A stretch of DNA of 64,000 bases, taken from Pirellulaceae bacterium. GTDB taxonomy: Bacteria; Planctomycetota; Planctomycetia; Pirellulales; Pirellulaceae. The translations under genes were made by a program, and so were the position numbers. The notes under the pieces are model-generated. The model made no database searches. It had not been told where the DNA came from and was given only the letters and a program-made list of their open reading frames with translations. Where the stretch lies: positions 19,823 to 83,822 of the forward strand of contig JBGSVE010000007.1 in the NCBI GenBank assembly GCA_041753075.1. The letters run 5' to 3'. This document shows, piece by piece, positions 10,699 to 18,544 of the stretch (within the stretch, counting starts at the first letter, position 1; each line of letters opens with the position of its first letter).

Positions 10699-12147
10699 AT
10701 GAGTGAAGACAACTCAAATTCAGGCGGAGAATTTGAACGCGAACCCGTTCCCGATTCGGCGTTGCTGGGAGCGGGCAAGTTCTGGGGCATGTATGCCGGC
10801 GAACACGCCGCAGGCACCGAGTTCATGATCGGCCCTTTGTTTTTGGCCGCAGGAGCGAGTTTGCAAAACTTGATCCTAGGCTTGCTGCTGGGCAACTTCC
10901 TGGCAGTTTTGACTTGGCGTTTTCTTGTCGTCCCGATCGCGATGGTAAAACGGTTGACACTGTATTACCAACTTGAGCGCATTGCCGGTGGTTCGCTGGT
11001 CAAGTTCTACAACTTGGTCAACGGTCTGCTATTTTGTTTTCTTGCCGGAGCAATGGTCACCGTGTCCGCGTCGGCAGTCGGCGTACCGTTCGGCATAGCG
11101 TTCGATGTGCCTGAGGCAATGTTTGGACTCAGCAATCTATCGTTCACCGCCTTGGTCGCGATCGTCGGCGTGTTGATCGCCGTGATTGCAGCGGGCGGAT
11201 ATGAGCGTGTTGCTCGAATTGCGAATATCGCGGCACCATGGATGATTGCCGTGTTTGCCGCTTGTGGCATCGTATCGCTGGTGCAAATGGATGTAACGAG
11301 TATGGCCGCTTTCTCGGAAGGCAAGTTTTGGACTGACGCGATCGCATTTGTGCAAGAGAAGAATGGGCCACAGACTTTTGGCTTCTGGCAGATTGTTGTG
11401 TTCGCCTGGCTGTGCAACGGAGCGATGCACTTTGGGATGGCCGACTTGACGATCTTTCGATTCGCTCGCAACAAAGCTTCGGGATGGGCACCTTCGATCG
11501 GCATGTTTCTGGGGCACTACATGGCCTGGATTGCCGCGGCCCTGCTGCTTGCCGCGCTGATCAAAATTCAGCCATCGCTCGCGCTCGGTTCCGATGGCAA
11601 GGTAACCGCGAATCCAGGGCTGCTCGCTTTCCAATCGCTCGGATGGACGGGCATCATTTGTGTTGTGATCGCCGGATGGACGACGGCGAATCCGACGATT
11701 TATCGCGCCGGTTTGGCCTTCCAGGGTGTGTTGCCAAACAGCTCTCGAACCGCCATGACACTCGTCGCGGGCGCGGTGGCGACGATTGCCGGAGCGTTCC
11801 CGAATCTGTCGGCACAGTTGCTCGGTTTCGTCGGGACATACGGAACGATTCTCGGCCCGATGGGAGCCATCATCTTTGTCGACTTCTACTTGATGAGAAA
11901 GTTTGGCCTGCGAGATGAAGACGCGTTTCATCGGAGAACGAAAGTCAATATCGCGGTGTTGATCGCCTGGCTCCTTCCGGTCGCCGTCGGACTCTATCTG
12001 ATCATGGTGCCGACGATTTGGTTTCCTGAAAAGCTCTTCGCCGCTTACGCCGTGATTCCTTGTTGGGTTGCATGCGGAGTGCTCTACCTCGTGCTCAGCA
12101 AGTTCACTCAAAACAAAGTCACAGCAAACAAAGGAAACGTCGAATGA
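10699..12147 (+). CDS. NCS1/purine-cytosine permease-like membrane transporter
   Basis: 482-aa ORF with about 12 hydrophobic segments. The N-terminal pattern (EREPVP...FWGMYAGEHAAGTEFMIGPLF...LLLGNFLAVLTW) resembles CodB/NCS1-type permeases. It lies downstream of rhaA on the same strand. Confidence 0.7.
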   Translation: MSEDNSNSGGEFEREPVPDSALLGAGKFWGMYAGEHAAGTEFMIGPLFLAAGASLQNLILGLLLGNFLAVLTWRFLVVPIAMVKRLTLYYQLERIAGGSLVKFYNLVNGLLFCFLAGAMVTVSASAVGVPFGIAFDVPEAMFGLSNLSFTALVAIVGVLIAVIAAGGYERVARIANIAAPWMIAVFAACGIVSLVQMDVTSMAAFSEGKFWTDAIAFVQEKNGPQTFGFWQIVVFAWLCNGAMHFGMADLTIFRFARNKASGWAPSIGMFLGHYMAWIAAALLLAALIKIQPSLALGSDGKVTANPGLLAFQSLGWTGIICVVIAGWTTANPTIYRAGLAFQGVLPNSSRTAMTLVAGAVATIAGAFPNLSAQLLGFVGTYGTILGPMGAIIFVDFYLMRKFGLRDEDAFHRRTKVNIAVLIAWLLPVAVGLYLIMVPTIWFPEKLFAAYAVIPCWVACGVLYLVLSKFTQNKVTANKGNVE

Positions 12148-12341
12148 ATACGTCTGCAAAAATTGTTTCCCTGATCGCCCTCAGTGCAGTCATCATTCCG
12201 TGTCTTCTGTTCTTCATCGGCATGATTGGACTGGATGCTGTGAAATGGGCGGCGCTGGCTGGCACGATCGGTTGGTTCGTCGCAACGCCGATCTGGATGA
12301 GCCGCGAACTGCCAAAGGATGCAGCGGAAGTGGAGATTTAG
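12144..12341 (+). CDS. Small two-TM membrane protein, hypothetical
   Basis: ATG at 12144 overlaps the permease stop as ATGA. The 65-aa product (MNTSAKIVSLIALSAVIIPCLLFFIG...GTIGWFVATPIWM) has two hydrophobic helices. The longer ORF from 12060 is rejected because it would overlap the permease. Confidence 0.45.
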   Translation: MNTSAKIVSLIALSAVIIPCLLFFIGMIGLDAVKWAALAGTIGWFVATPIWMSRELPKDAAEVEI

Positions 12342-12436
12342 GATGCACTGAACGCGTGGTCCGTCAAATCCCAATGGTTACGGGTCCAAAATTAGCAGAT
12401 GGGCTGTTAGAATTTATCTGCAACGCAGCGTTAGAT

Positions 12437-14275
12437 TCAATTTGAACCAGCGCTATTGAACCCGCGCATCCAGATCTGCTTTTCGAATTGGTTTCCGGCA
12501 GCAATCAAATGGCTCATGCACGCTAGGTAGGCAGCTTCGAGCGAGCAGGTTTTTTCGATGACGCCAGCGCCGCGACTGCGCGATTCGTTGCGCCGTTGGC
12601 TGGCTGAGATCGCGAGTACGTCCAGTAGTTGCGTGGCTGTCGTTTGGTAACTTTGTTGGAGTCGTCGTTGTTCTCGTCGATGGGTTTGGGTGCCCAGGGC
12701 TGGGACCGACATGCGACCGCCCAGCGCGAGCCCGGTCAGACGACGGCGCAGCGAATCAAGGCCATCCGGGGGCGAACCAGGCTGCGGTGTTTCATCGCTT
12801 AAGATCAGTTCGTCGCTCCAGCGTCCAATGCCAGTGAAGTGATGTCGTTGCAGTCGATCCAATCCGATGTTGCACACACTGTCCCACTGCGGCGGCAGGT
12901 CCAGTTCGGGTCGCGCACCTTTTGTCGCGTCGTCATTGATGTTTAAAGTGGTCGGGGCAATCGCGATCAGATCGACTGCACCCGCCGCAGCAAGTCTTAA
13001 GCGACCAAGGCATCGCAGCGACAAGCCTGGGCAACGCGCCAACAGGGCCAAGTTTTCGCGATACGCCAATTGTGCATCATCGATCGCAATTGTCAGCCGC
13101 CAGGGAAGACTGACTCGTTCGACATCGACCAATACACTCGCACCGCGTGGGCCGACAATCACAGCATCGAACGCGACCAAATCCCAACCACCATGACGCT
13201 GCGGCTCGGACATTAACGCACGCTGAAACACTCGCCGAATTTGCTCGTCCAGCGGCAAGCCGAAACGCCCCGCAGCGAGCCGACCGTCGCTCCCACGCGT
13301 CGCGTGCACGGCCCAGCGAGTCGTCTTGCCTTTGCCGAGGCGGCCATCGCCGGACACCTGCAAATTTTGTACAGCAAGCAAACCGCGACACAACGCTTTG
13401 GCGTCCAACGTCACGGTTCCCAGGTCAATGCCACCGCCATACGCCTGCAAAACAAGTTGCCGATCGCCAGGCCGTAGTTCATTGACCGTGAACAAATCTT
13501 CGTCACCCGCCACACTGCCTTGCAGGTAAACGCATACGCCTGCGTAGCCGCTGAGCGTCAGGATCGGCTCGGCACAAATGCCTTCGAGCTTGCGTACGTC
13601 GATGGGATCAAAGCCTCGGCGCGATTGGCCAACGAGCCACTGCGGCGCGCTGGTTTGTGTGTTGATGCGGTGAGCAGTTAACAGCGCACTAGCGAGGTCA
13701 TCCCTTAACGCGCCTGCATCGGATGTATCGCGATTGGCCCGCAATCGTCCGCTGCCTTCGACAATTCGCAAGAGCGTATTGCCCAGCGCAACCAATCCGC
13801 ACTCGCGACACTGATGCGCCGCTCGCAGGATACTCGATTGCACCAGCAACCCCGCACCGCTTGCGCCGACGCGAAGCAGTGCCGCGACCGCAGCTTGGGC
13901 CAATCGCGCCGCCGTTTGCATTTCTTCAGTGATTGTGGACGTGGCTGGGGCTGCCTCAGTCTCCTGACTCTGATCCGCAGAATCATCGTCCGTTGCCGTC
14001 GCCAAGATGTTGATGCACGCGACGACGTGAAAACATTTTGGTGTCAACAAGCAACTGCATTGCAATTGCTCGGAGGAAACAATCACGCCGCCCTCGCTGC
14101 GTAACTCAACGGTTTCTTCGCCGGCTGCGATCGACCATCGGTCTGCGTTGAAAACCCATTGCCAACGATCGGCAACCACGGGTTCGGCATCGAGTCGTTT
14201 GCGAACACGGCCGGGCATTGAATCGATCAGTTCGGCCAGTAAGATCGCGCTGATTCGCGGTCGCGGTACGTTCAT
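12437..14275 (-). CDS. SWIM zinc-finger protein (YehQ-like)
   Basis: ATG at 14273-14275 overlaps the stop of the upstream vWA gene as ATGA. The SWIM signature CxCx(n)CxH is present as LQCSCLLTPKCFHVVAC. The remaining ~500 aa are unrecognised. Confidence 0.8.
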   Translation of the reverse strand: MNVPRPRISAILLAELIDSMPGRVRKRLDAEPVVADRWQWVFNADRWSIAAGEETVELRSEGGVIVSSEQLQCSCLLTPKCFHVVACINILATATDDDSADQSQETEAAPATSTITEEMQTAARLAQAAVAALLRVGASGAGLLVQSSILRAAHQCRECGLVALGNTLLRIVEGSGRLRANRDTSDAGALRDDLASALLTAHRINTQTSAPQWLVGQSRRGFDPIDVRKLEGICAEPILTLSGYAGVCVYLQGSVAGDEDLFTVNELRPGDRQLVLQAYGGGIDLGTVTLDAKALCRGLLAVQNLQVSGDGRLGKGKTTRWAVHATRGSDGRLAAGRFGLPLDEQIRRVFQRALMSEPQRHGGWDLVAFDAVIVGPRGASVLVDVERVSLPWRLTIAIDDAQLAYRENLALLARCPGLSLRCLGRLRLAAAGAVDLIAIAPTTLNINDDATKGARPELDLPPQWDSVCNIGLDRLQRHHFTGIGRWSDELILSDETPQPGSPPDGLDSLRRRLTGLALGGRMSVPALGTQTHRREQRRLQQSYQTTATQLLDVLAISASQRRNESRSRGAGVIEKTCSLEAAYLACMSHLIAAGNQFEKQIWMRGFNSAGSN

Positions 14276-17200
14276 GATAAGAGGGTTCCTTGCGGTGAAT
14301 TCGCTGTCTGTCCAGCTTGTCCGCGAATTTGATCGCCGACCCAATCGGCCAATCGTTCGGGGCTGACCGCGGCCACCGGCATGCCCGCGGCCGCGACCAT
14401 TTGTGCGTAGCCTTGATGAAACCGCGCCGTGCCTGTGTCATCCAGCGCGGCCAGCCCGACGCACTTCGCACCGGACTGCGCAATCGCGCGAACTTCGGCG
14501 AGCATCTCGCCCACCGAAACTCCCTCCTCAAAATCCGACACCAACACGACGATCGATCGCGACGGCACTTTCAATCGGGACCTGGCGGCACCTAGTCCCA
14601 AACCAATATGCGTCCCGCCGCCAACCTGCACCTCCAACAGCAATGCCAACGGATCAGTCACATGCTCGCTCAGATCAATCACCTCGGTACTGAACGCCAA
14701 GAACCGAACCGATAGCGCCGGCAACTCCGCAAAAATTGCCGCGCACAACGCAGAATAAACAACCGATGTGGTCATCGATCCCGAGACATCGACCACAAAC
14801 GTTAAATGCCAATCCATCTCGCGTCGCGATTGCGTGTTGAATAGCAATGACTTGGCCACGATCGCTGGCCGGCCATCGTCGCGTCGATAGGCATTGATCA
14901 AGTTTTCGCGAATCGTTCGTGGCAAGTTCAAGCGGCGCGAACGTCGCCGCGTCGGCCTCGGCGATGACAATCCGCTCATCGCGGGGCGAAGGCGGACGGC
15001 CAGGCGTTTGGCCAGTTGTTCTGTGATCCGCTTGGCCAATCGCCTCATCCGCTCGGCTCGAACTTCGGCCAAGCCGCCGGCGAGCGACAACACCTGTTGC
15101 AACAATTCGATCGACGGCGTGACCGCATCGGGATCAAGCAAGTCCAAGGCAACTTGATTTCCCCTGCCCGCCGACTCGCCCAACACTTCTTGACAAATGT
15201 CGGCACCAAACAATGCTTCCAAATCATCCGCCCACTGGGCTGTCGTCGGCATCGGTGCTTCGGTGCCGCCGGATTGGCGGTTGGCCAGACCGCCTTGCGA
15301 GCCTTCGCCGCGTCCGCGACCGAACAATTGATCTAAACTACTCGCTGCACCGGAGCTTGCTTGCCGATTCTCCGGCGGCAGTCCAAGTATCATTCGCCAA
15401 CGATCCGCGAGCGTGATTCCATGCGCGGGATCTGTCGCGGCGATCTCATCGGCGGACGAGTCGTCAGTTATTTTTTCTTCGCTTGCCGGCGCGTTGGCTA
15501 AATCAAATTGAAAATTCGGAAAGATCGCCAGCACAGCTTGGCGTCCCGCCGAATCGGCCTCGCGCCGCATCGCGACCAACTCCGTCACATCACTGAAGCC
15601 ATCGGAAGCAATCGCGGCGAATGCGGAACCACGCTCGTGGTAGGATTGCAAACGAGCTTCCAGCAGTCGTATTCGGTTGGCGGGTGAAAATTTATGAAAC
15701 GCACCGCGCAGCGACGGTAGTCGTTGTAAAAACGAATCGTCGTCGGCGGTGCGAATCCGCGACTCCAATCCGTCTAACCAAACCATGTCGCCTTGCATCA
15801 TTGCCAAGAGCACGTGTACCGATCCCGCTAACGCATTCCTCAGGCGACTTCGCGACTGAGTATCCACGGCGGCATCGAACCAACCGCCGAGCAATTCCGC
15901 GAACTGTTCCGCCGTCTGTTTTTGCAGCACGCACAGCATTCCTGCGGCCGCTCCGCGCATCAAATCGCTGCCTCGCCCCAGCGTCCGCTGGCACCAATGA
16001 ACCAATCGCAATTGACCCGCGTCGAGCAGCGCAATCGCCGTCTTGTTGCCATTATCGAGATCGCATTCCAGCACTTCGCGCAAGTCACCGTTGAACCAAT
16101 GGACCAGATCGCTGACACCGATCACATCGTTGTCATCGTGCGAGCCTTCGAGTCCTTCCAAGCGATCCAAGCAGGCGCGCAACAGCGCCGCCATTTGCAA
16201 AGAAACATTCGTATCGCGAAACACCGCGAGTATCGGCGGATACGAATTGGCTTCGTCGCGCGGCAGACCCGGAATGTGTCCAGCGGAGATGCGTCCAAGT
16301 ATCGTGGCCGCAGCGACCAACTCGACCAACCCGCCGGTTCTCAGCAATGTCTGGTCAAGTGTTTGCAAGCTCCGGTGTACGAATTGGTTTAAGCCACACT
16401 GCGTCGCGATCTCCAATTGCTGGACAATCGACGCAGGTGGTGTCTGGTCACTCGTCACACTTCGCAAGATCCCTTCGACCACCTGCGGCAGCGCCACGCC
16501 AAAGCGCGACACCGCTTCAATGGTCGCCGAGGTCCCTTGGTGCCAAGCGACTTTCCAGCGCTCGGCAAGGTTCTCGCGTTGACCTTGTTCGATTGAATCG
16601 ACACGCGTCGCATAAGGGATTGAGGCCGCGCACAATCGTCTCAACACCACGGCTTTGGCGCGTTCACGCGGCGATCGCAGCACATCCAATCGGACCTCGC
16701 GCGGTTCGTCGCCAAGGGTCCCTTGCGTGGGCAAATGCAACGATTGTAGCAGCGTTTCGAGCGACACGGCCAAACCGCAACGCGGCACACGCCCGGACAC
16801 CGCTCCTTGGCGATTACCAATCAAAACATGCGCCGACGCTTTAGAAACCTCGCGCGCCCGGCCGTGCAATTCGCCTTGCACCAAGCAGGACTGAATCGAC
16901 TCGATCAATTCGCTTCTGCCCGCCGCGGCAAGTCCCCGCAATCGCGCCAGATCGCGCATCATTCGCATGATCTCGCTGGCGTCCGGCGTTCCGGCGACAT
17001 GACCGCGATGACGCATTTGGCGGCAGATGGCGACGATGATCTCACCCGCTGCGGCATCCATGGCGGTGAGGCTGTCGGCGGTGACCATTCGTTGGTGCCA
17101 AACCGGATCCAGAATCCCAGCCGGATAGCCGCTGCGTTCATCAAGTTGTTCAAAGCTGTAAGGCACCAGTGAGACGCCGACCGCCTCGGACGATGCGGAA

Positions 17201-17904
17201 AGTTCGGCCAGCAGTTTTTGATCATTCGTCGCTTCACGTTCAACAACTTCGCGAACCAGCGCCGCGGCGTGGAACGAACCGATTACGGCGGCGCTATGCG
17301 GCGGTGCGGCGCGAATGCACTGGCGCATCGCAGCCTCGCGCAATCGATCTCTTGGCGAAACGATCGGCGAGCTGTGGCGGACGGCCCAGCCGAACATCAG
17401 CGCCGCTTGGCGAGTTGCGTCGGGATCAGCGAGCATTGCCGGTGATTCGACCAAGCGTTCCCACAATTGACCCGTGTCACGAGAACTTGTTCGTCGCAGC
17501 AGTTCGTCCAACAGCAGGCAAGGATCCGCAAGTTCTACAGTGTCCACGACCAAGTTCGCCTTCGCACTCACCGATAGATCACAAGCGACAACCGGCACAC
17601 TGTGCTTAAACGCCCACTTGATGGCGACCAGTTCAGGAGAAAAATCGGCGAGCGGATAGAACGCCAAATCGCCACTCGCGTTGGCTGCAGAAATCGCAAT
17701 CGGAGCGACCGTGTCCTGGTCCGCCAAATACTCAAGCCATGGATTGAAATCCGCAGGCATCTCGACCAACAATTGATCCGGCTTGAATGAATCGAGCATT
17801 GCCCGAATCGTTCGCGCGATCGCCGCGGAATGATGACGAACGCCAATCAGCAGCGGCGTTCGACATTCGCACAGCGGTGCGATATGATCGGAAGGGTCGT
17901 TCAT
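14272..17904 (-). CDS. Fusion protein: TraB/TIKI-like N-terminus, large DUF5682-like middle region and C-terminal vWA (MIDAS) domain (YehM+YehP-like)
   Basis: Start taken at the ATG at 17902-17904; the ORF extends to a TTG at 17949. The N-terminus has LIGVRHHS..(x15)..PDQLLVEMP. The C-terminus has a CoxE-like vWA domain with the MIDAS motif FVVDVSGSM, plus GGGTHIG and VVLVSDFEEG. Confidence 0.8.
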   Translation of the reverse strand: MNDPSDHIAPLCECRTPLLIGVRHHSAAIARTIRAMLDSFKPDQLLVEMPADFNPWLEYLADQDTVAPIAISAANASGDLAFYPLADFSPELVAIKWAFKHSVPVVACDLSVSAKANLVVDTVELADPCLLLDELLRRTSSRDTGQLWERLVESPAMLADPDATRQAALMFGWAVRHSSPIVSPRDRLREAAMRQCIRAAPPHSAAVIGSFHAAALVREVVEREATNDQKLLAELSASSEAVGVSLVPYSFEQLDERSGYPAGILDPVWHQRMVTADSLTAMDAAAGEIIVAICRQMRHRGHVAGTPDASEIMRMMRDLARLRGLAAAGRSELIESIQSCLVQGELHGRAREVSKASAHVLIGNRQGAVSGRVPRCGLAVSLETLLQSLHLPTQGTLGDEPREVRLDVLRSPRERAKAVVLRRLCAASIPYATRVDSIEQGQRENLAERWKVAWHQGTSATIEAVSRFGVALPQVVEGILRSVTSDQTPPASIVQQLEIATQCGLNQFVHRSLQTLDQTLLRTGGLVELVAAATILGRISAGHIPGLPRDEANSYPPILAVFRDTNVSLQMAALLRACLDRLEGLEGSHDDNDVIGVSDLVHWFNGDLREVLECDLDNGNKTAIALLDAGQLRLVHWCQRTLGRGSDLMRGAAAGMLCVLQKQTAEQFAELLGGWFDAAVDTQSRSRLRNALAGSVHVLLAMMQGDMVWLDGLESRIRTADDDSFLQRLPSLRGAFHKFSPANRIRLLEARLQSYHERGSAFAAIASDGFSDVTELVAMRREADSAGRQAVLAIFPNFQFDLANAPASEEKITDDSSADEIAATDPAHGITLADRWRMILGLPPENRQASSGAASSLDQLFGRGRGEGSQGGLANRQSGGTEAPMPTTAQWADDLEALFGADICQEVLGESAGRGNQVALDLLDPDAVTPSIELLQQVLSLAGGLAEVRAERMRRLAKRITEQLAKRLAVRLRPAMSGLSSPRPTRRRSRRLNLPRTIRENLINAYRRDDGRPAIVAKSLLFNTQSRREMDWHLTFVVDVSGSMTTSVVYSALCAAIFAELPALSVRFLAFSTEVIDLSEHVTDPLALLLEVQVGGGTHIGLGLGAARSRLKVPSRSIVVLVSDFEEGVSVGEMLAEVRAIAQSGAKCVGLAALDDTGTARFHQGYAQMVAAAGMPVAAVSPERLADWVGDQIRGQAGQTANSPQGTLLS

Positions 17905-17936
17905 CAAGTAAATCGTATGGCAACGAGGGGGTTGGG

Positions 17937-18170
17937 ATGTCAGTAGCAAATCAAGCCAAGGAGGTTTACGAAGCGGATTTGCGCCAACGATTGGAAGCCG
18001 AGCATTTCGGTGAGTTTGTTGCGATCGAACCCGATTCGCGTGATTATTTTATTGCGATCACTTTCATTGATGCCGCGATGGCCGCGAAGAAATGTCACCC
18101 GACCAAGAAATCTTTTGTGTTGCGAGTTTGTCACGAAGCGGCAGTGCATCTCGGAGCGGCCACTAAGTGA
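17937..18170 (+). CDS. Small protein, DUF5678-like partner of a retropepsin-like protease
   Basis: 77-aa product from the ATG at 17937, preceded by a GAGG-like Shine-Dalgarno sequence. The pattern FGEFVAIEPDSRDYFIA...AAMAAKKCHP resembles the small proteins usually encoded upstream of AF_0612-type aspartic proteases. It overlaps the next gene by 4 nt. Confidence 0.5.
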   Translation: MSVANQAKEVYEADLRQRLEAEHFGEFVAIEPDSRDYFIAITFIDAAMAAKKCHPTKKSFVLRVCHEAAVHLGAATK

Positions 18171-18544
18171 TCGGCCGCGTTGACGACAACAAGCGCGCTT
18201 TGTTACCAGTTCAAGTTCGTGCGAAGTTCGCGAAGCAATCATTTTCGGTTGATGCGTGGATTGACACCGCGTTCGATGGACACTTTGTTTTTGCGTTGGC
18301 GTTGATCGATCAGCTTGGTCTTGAGACGCTGGTAGAAACCGAGGCTATTTTTGCGGACGGCAGTAAGGTGACTCTGGAAACATTTGTCGCGTACCTCGAT
18401 TGGTTTGGAGCTGTGATTCCGGTTCAGGTTGTTGCGAACGATAGGCAATACCCACTTCTTGGAACAGCGCTGCTTGAAAATTGTCGCTTGACGATTGACA
18501 CCAACAAATTGGTTGAGTTGAATTTAGTCGAATTGGCGCACTAA
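18167..18544 (+). CDS. Retropepsin-like (clan AA) aspartic protease, AF_0612-like family
   Basis: 125-aa ORF with a GTG start overlapping the previous stop. The active-site-like motif is WIDTAFDG (DTA variant of DTG). FADGSKV, YLDWFG and the flap/dimer motif PLLGTALLENCRLTID follow. Its stop codon overlaps the stop of the convergent ATPase gene. Confidence 0.7.
   Translation: MIGRVDDNKRALLPVQVRAKFAKQSFSVDAWIDTAFDGHFVFALALIDQLGLETLVETEAIFADGSKVTLETFVAYLDWFGAVIPVQVVANDRQYPLLGTALLENCRLTIDTNKLVELNLVELAH

Noticed and set aside
11137-12159. 340-aa ORF antisense to the NCS1-like permease gene
   Set aside because: It lies entirely within, and opposite to, a gene with clear membrane-protein periodicity. 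Its Arg/His/Gly-rich low-complexity composition is typical of shadow ORFs in GC-rich DNA.
17957-17963. Perfect AAGGAGG Shine-Dalgarno-like sequence
   Set aside because: It lies inside the 77-aa ORF (codons K-E-V), and no ATG, GTG or TTG follows at a usable distance in any frame that opens a long ORF.
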